In this document: in pieces, positions 61,303 through 64,000 of the stretch
Layout: every line of letters begins with the position of its first letter
Numbering within the stretch: position 1 is the first letter of the stretch
DNA from: a virus
Lineage: Duplodnaviria; Caudoviricetes
Virus record (IMG/VR): IMGVR_UViG_3300013121_000019
Coordinates: 1 to 64,000 of that record
Length of the DNA: 64,000 nt
Strand: one strand, 5' to 3'
Position numbers and translations under genes: made by a program
Notes under the pieces: generated by a model
What the model saw: only the letters and a program-made list of their open reading frames with translations
The model's database searches: none
What the model was told of the DNA's origin: nothing

Positions 61303-61303
61303 G

Positions 61304-61582
61304 TCAGTTCTCCTCGGATTCGTTGGTGACTTCGATGTACGCCCACACGGGGTGCTCTGCTGGAAAGATCCCGCTCAGCAGTTGGTGCACCTCGTTCCCC
61401 TCGACGTTGTCCATCCGGATCTCGGCGTAGTTCCCCTTGAGGATCGCGCCCAGCAGGTAGACCATCATGGTGCCGAGCGGCCCTTCGAACGTATCGGTGG
61501 CCTCGAGTGCCTCCTGGTAGACGCGGCGGGCCAGCTGTGCCCGACGAAGGAACGCCCAATCGACTCTGTTACGACCTGTCAC
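61304..61582 (-). CDS. Hypothetical protein (92 aa)
   Basis: GTG start after GGAGG; C-terminal part of the 61304..61981 ORF. Confidence 0.5.
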   Translation of the reverse strand: MTGRNRVDWAFLRRAQLARRVYQEALEATDTFEGPLGTMMVYLLGAILKGNYAEIRMDNVEGNEVHQLLSGIFPAEHPVWAYIEVTNESEEN

Positions 61583-61600
61583 ATAGACCTCCAAAACGCA

Positions 61601-61630
61601 GAAGGGCGGCCCCCGTGGGGACCGCCCTTC
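61601..61630 (-). terminator. Hairpin terminator after the histone-like gene
   Basis: GAAGGGCGG...CCGCCCTTC inverted repeat. Confidence 0.6.
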
Positions 61631-61650
61631 AGTACTGCCTCGAGGGAGTG

Positions 61651-61902
61651 CTACGCCTGGAGCGCAGACTGCACCGCCTTGAGGGCCTTGTCGACGCGCT
61701 TGCCCGTGTCCTTGTCGCCCTTGATCTCGGCGCGCCCCTGGATGCGGGTGAGCTTGTCGGCGATGCCGTTGAGCATCTTCTGCGCCGTCACGAACTGGTT
61801 CGCCGGCGTGCGCTCCGCCTTGCGGCCGACGCCCTCGCCCGTCTTCGCAGCCTTCTTCGCCGTCTTCTTCGCGGCCTTCTTCGCCCCGGTCTTGCCTGCC
61901 AT
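61651..61902 (-). CDS. Small basic histone-H1-like protein (83 aa)
   Basis: MAGKTGAKKAAKKTAKKAAK...; AAGGAG RBS. Confidence 0.6.
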   Translation of the reverse strand: MAGKTGAKKAAKKTAKKAAKTGEGVGRKAERTPANQFVTAQKMLNGIADKLTRIQGRAEIKGDKDTGKRVDKALKAVQSALQA

Positions 61903-61991
61903 GAGAGTGCTCCTTGTGAGTCGTTGCAACCGAATTGGTCGCTGCAGAAGTGACCATAACCGCAAGGATCGACCTCTGCAAGAAAGATTTG

Positions 61992-62663
61992 TCATCGGGA
62001 CGAACTATTTTTCGTGAGCCGGTAGGACCGGCGATGGATCGGGCAGGGTCCGAGCTTCTCCAACCCCTCGTAGTGCTCCTTCGACCCGTAGCCCATGTTT
62101 CGCTCGAACCCGTAACCAGGGTACCGCTGGCTGAACTGGATCATCAGCGCGTCGCGTCGGTCCTTGGCCAGGATCGAAGCCAGCATGATGGCCGGCACGA
62201 ACGTGTCGCCCTCGATGATCGACTTGATGTCGTGGCCGAGCTCCAGGTCGCCATCGGCCATGAGCTCCACGGCGGGCGGCGGAGACCCGACGTACTGTTT
62301 GAGACGCCTGTGCACGTCCTTCAGCACGTCCACGTGCATGTCGCCTATCAGCTTGTGCGGATTGCGTATGATGTCGATTTGCTTCGAATCCGCCAACGTG
62401 AAGCACGTCAACGGGTTCGGTTCGAACTCGACGAACGCGTCCATGATGGCTCGACGCTTCGGGATGGCGACCTTGGGTGCTCCAAAGCCCTTGGAGTCCC
62501 GGAGGGCAGCCCACTCCCAGTCCTCCGGTACCGCCACGGCCGCCACGCAGTAGGGGCCCGCCAGGGCCCCGTACCCGACCTCATCGGAGCCGATGACCCA
62601 GTGGTGGTCCTGGGATGAGAACTTCCTGCTAGGGCTCGGTAGGGGTTTGGGCTGGCGGGCCAA
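61992..62663 (-). CDS. rnhB: Ribonuclease HII
   Basis: 'GSDEVGYGALAGP', 'LRDSK', 'ADG', 'GD.....I..ASILAK..RD', 'NMGYG...H...L...GP.PIHRRSY'. Confidence 0.92.
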   Translation of the reverse strand: MARQPKPLPSPSRKFSSQDHHWVIGSDEVGYGALAGPYCVAAVAVPEDWEWAALRDSKGFGAPKVAIPKRRAIMDAFVEFEPNPLTCFTLADSKQIDIIRNPHKLIGDMHVDVLKDVHRRLKQYVGSPPPAVELMADGDLELGHDIKSIIEGDTFVPAIMLASILAKDRRDALMIQFSQRYPGYGFERNMGYGSKEHYEGLEKLGPCPIHRRSYRLTKNSSSR

Positions 62664-62824
62664 AGGTCTGCCTGATCTTGTCGGCGAGCTCGAGTAGCTC
62701 TTCGCGTGTCAGCACGTTCAGCACCTCGAGGTCGTACACCGGCTCGAGTGTGTGCCTGGACCGAAACTCATCCAGCCGAATGCTGGCGGCTTCACTCTCT
62801 AGTTGGATCAACGCCATCGTCACC

Positions 62825-63196
62825 TCATCCGAAGTACGCACCGTAGGGGGTCCAGCCGACCAGCTGCCCGGGGTCGGCCGTCACCAGGACCGTCACGGGC
62901 CTGCGGGCGACGCGAGCCAGCAGGGCGTCGACGTCGCTCTTGATGATGGGCCGATCGAGCTCGAGCAGCTCACGGAGCTCGGGCGGCCACTTCTCGGGGA
63001 AGTTGGTCGAGGGCGGCAACGGTGTCCCTGCCTCCTGCCACTGCACCCACAGGGTGTAGCGGTGGATGCCGTTGCGATCCTCGATTGCGCGGATGTACGT
63101 GTCGATGGCCCTGGCTCGGTCGGGTGTGTCGGCACCAAACCGAGCCATCGAGGCCATCGCACGAAACTCGTCAGGGGTCAGCTGGATGTTGGGCAT
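62825..63196 (-). CDS. Hypothetical protein
   Basis: 123 aa ORF with operon packing. Confidence 0.55.
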   Translation of the reverse strand: MPNIQLTPDEFRAMASMARFGADTPDRARAIDTYIRAIEDRNGIHRYTLWVQWQEAGTPLPPSTNFPEKWPPELRELLELDRPIIKSDVDALLARVARRPVTVLVTADPGQLVGWTPYGAYFG

Positions 63197-63271
63197 CCGC
63201 TGAGGTTACTTCGCTAGGTCGCTCTCGGGAATAGACCGCTACTTTTGACGCTTCCACGGTGGAACGTCCGC

Positions 63272-64000
63272 CTAGGCATCATCGTACGGCCGCAGATTGC
63301 CCTGATCGATATCCCGCTGGACTTCCTTCTTCAGCTCCTCGATCCGCATCAGGCGGTCCACCTGCGCGTGCAGCACCTCGATCGTGGACGTGTTGCTGAT
63401 GAGTCGCTGGAACGTGCTGTCGGGGCAATCCAGACCCTTCTCGGAGGTATGCTGGGCCGCCTGGCCCTCGAGACCACCGCGCCCCTGCACCCACCAGAGC
63501 TGCCCGCCTGCTGCGCGGATGGCCTGGCCCTCGTTGCCAGCTGGCCAACGAACGTCGGCGATCACCACGCCCTTGACCGACGGGTAACCGGGCACCAGCC
63601 CCTCCCGCTGGTTGTACCGGCAGCCGCCCGCCAGCAGCTTCTTGGCGGTGCTGACGGCCAGCCGTGTCCAGGTGTCTGGGTAGATCAGACGCCCGACCTC
63701 GGTCCCGATGATCTGGAACGCGTGGCGTGGCGTCAGGAAGGGCTGCTCTAGGTCTAGGTTCTCGAGCGAGCACGCCACCAAGACGTCGTAGTCTCCATCG
63801 AACAGAACGTGTGCCATCGGATGCTTTCTGTTCTCCAACAGCATCTCACGGATGGTGCCGTGGTGCTCGTGCAGATGCCCCTTCGGGCCGCGACGATAGA
63901 TGACCCGCTCACCCACCAGACCCCGCACACCCACCGGGTAGCGCTCGTCGGGCTTGTCCTTGTCCTGCCCCCAGACCTGCTCGTCGGTGAACCCGTACCA
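63272..64000 (-). CDS. Deoxynucleoside monophosphate kinase (5'-truncated by window end)
   Basis: 'TPR..FQ.IGTEVGR...PDTW', 'VVIADVRW...NE..AI...GG', 'HTSE'. The frame is open to base 64000 (WYGFTDEQVWGQDKDKPD). Confidence 0.85.
   Translation of the reverse strand, partial: WYGFTDEQVWGQDKDKPDERYPVGVRGLVGERVIYRRGPKGHLHEHHGTIREMLLENRKHPMAHVLFDGDYDVLVACSLENLDLEQPFLTPRHAFQIIGTEVGRLIYPDTWTRLAVSTAKKLLAGGCRYNQREGLVPGYPSVKGVVIADVRWPAGNEGQAIRAAGGQLWWVQGRGGLEGQAAQHTSEKGLDCPDSTFQRLISNTSTIEVLHAQVDRLMRIEELKKEVQRDIDQGNLRPYDDA

Noticed and set aside
1-64000. tRNA genes, integrase/att sites, transposases
   Set aside because: None recognised by eye; a tRNAscan/Aragorn run would be needed to exclude tRNAs.

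Overview
This is a high-GC (~65%) segment of a large tailed phage genome, myovirus/jumbo-like, with no integrase or host housekeeping operon. The minus strand carries virion genes (baseplate J-like, wedge, hub, tape measure, Ig-domain proteins), a sigma70-family factor, candidate processed head proteins with repeated 'EL.K.A' motifs, and a long run of small genes (GroES, three Tad2/DUF2829-like domains, SLT, pyrimidine-dimer glycosylase, RNase HII, dNMP kinase). Plus-strand accessory cassettes are interspersed, each with a shared GCAAA-N14-16-GG(C/A)ATAA promoter-like motif and a hairpin-TAGCTA terminator. The standout is a self-contained unit at 36715-38046: promoter, solitary Cas7/RAMP-like gene, a 582-nt non-coding array of (G/A)GY-NN pentamers cut into ~12 units by 4-nt spacers, then a terminator. 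It is a candidate non-CRISPR RNA-guided system. A -1 slippery site joining two tail-chaperone-like ORFs is also visible. All product calls come from motif recognition by eye; no database searches were run.
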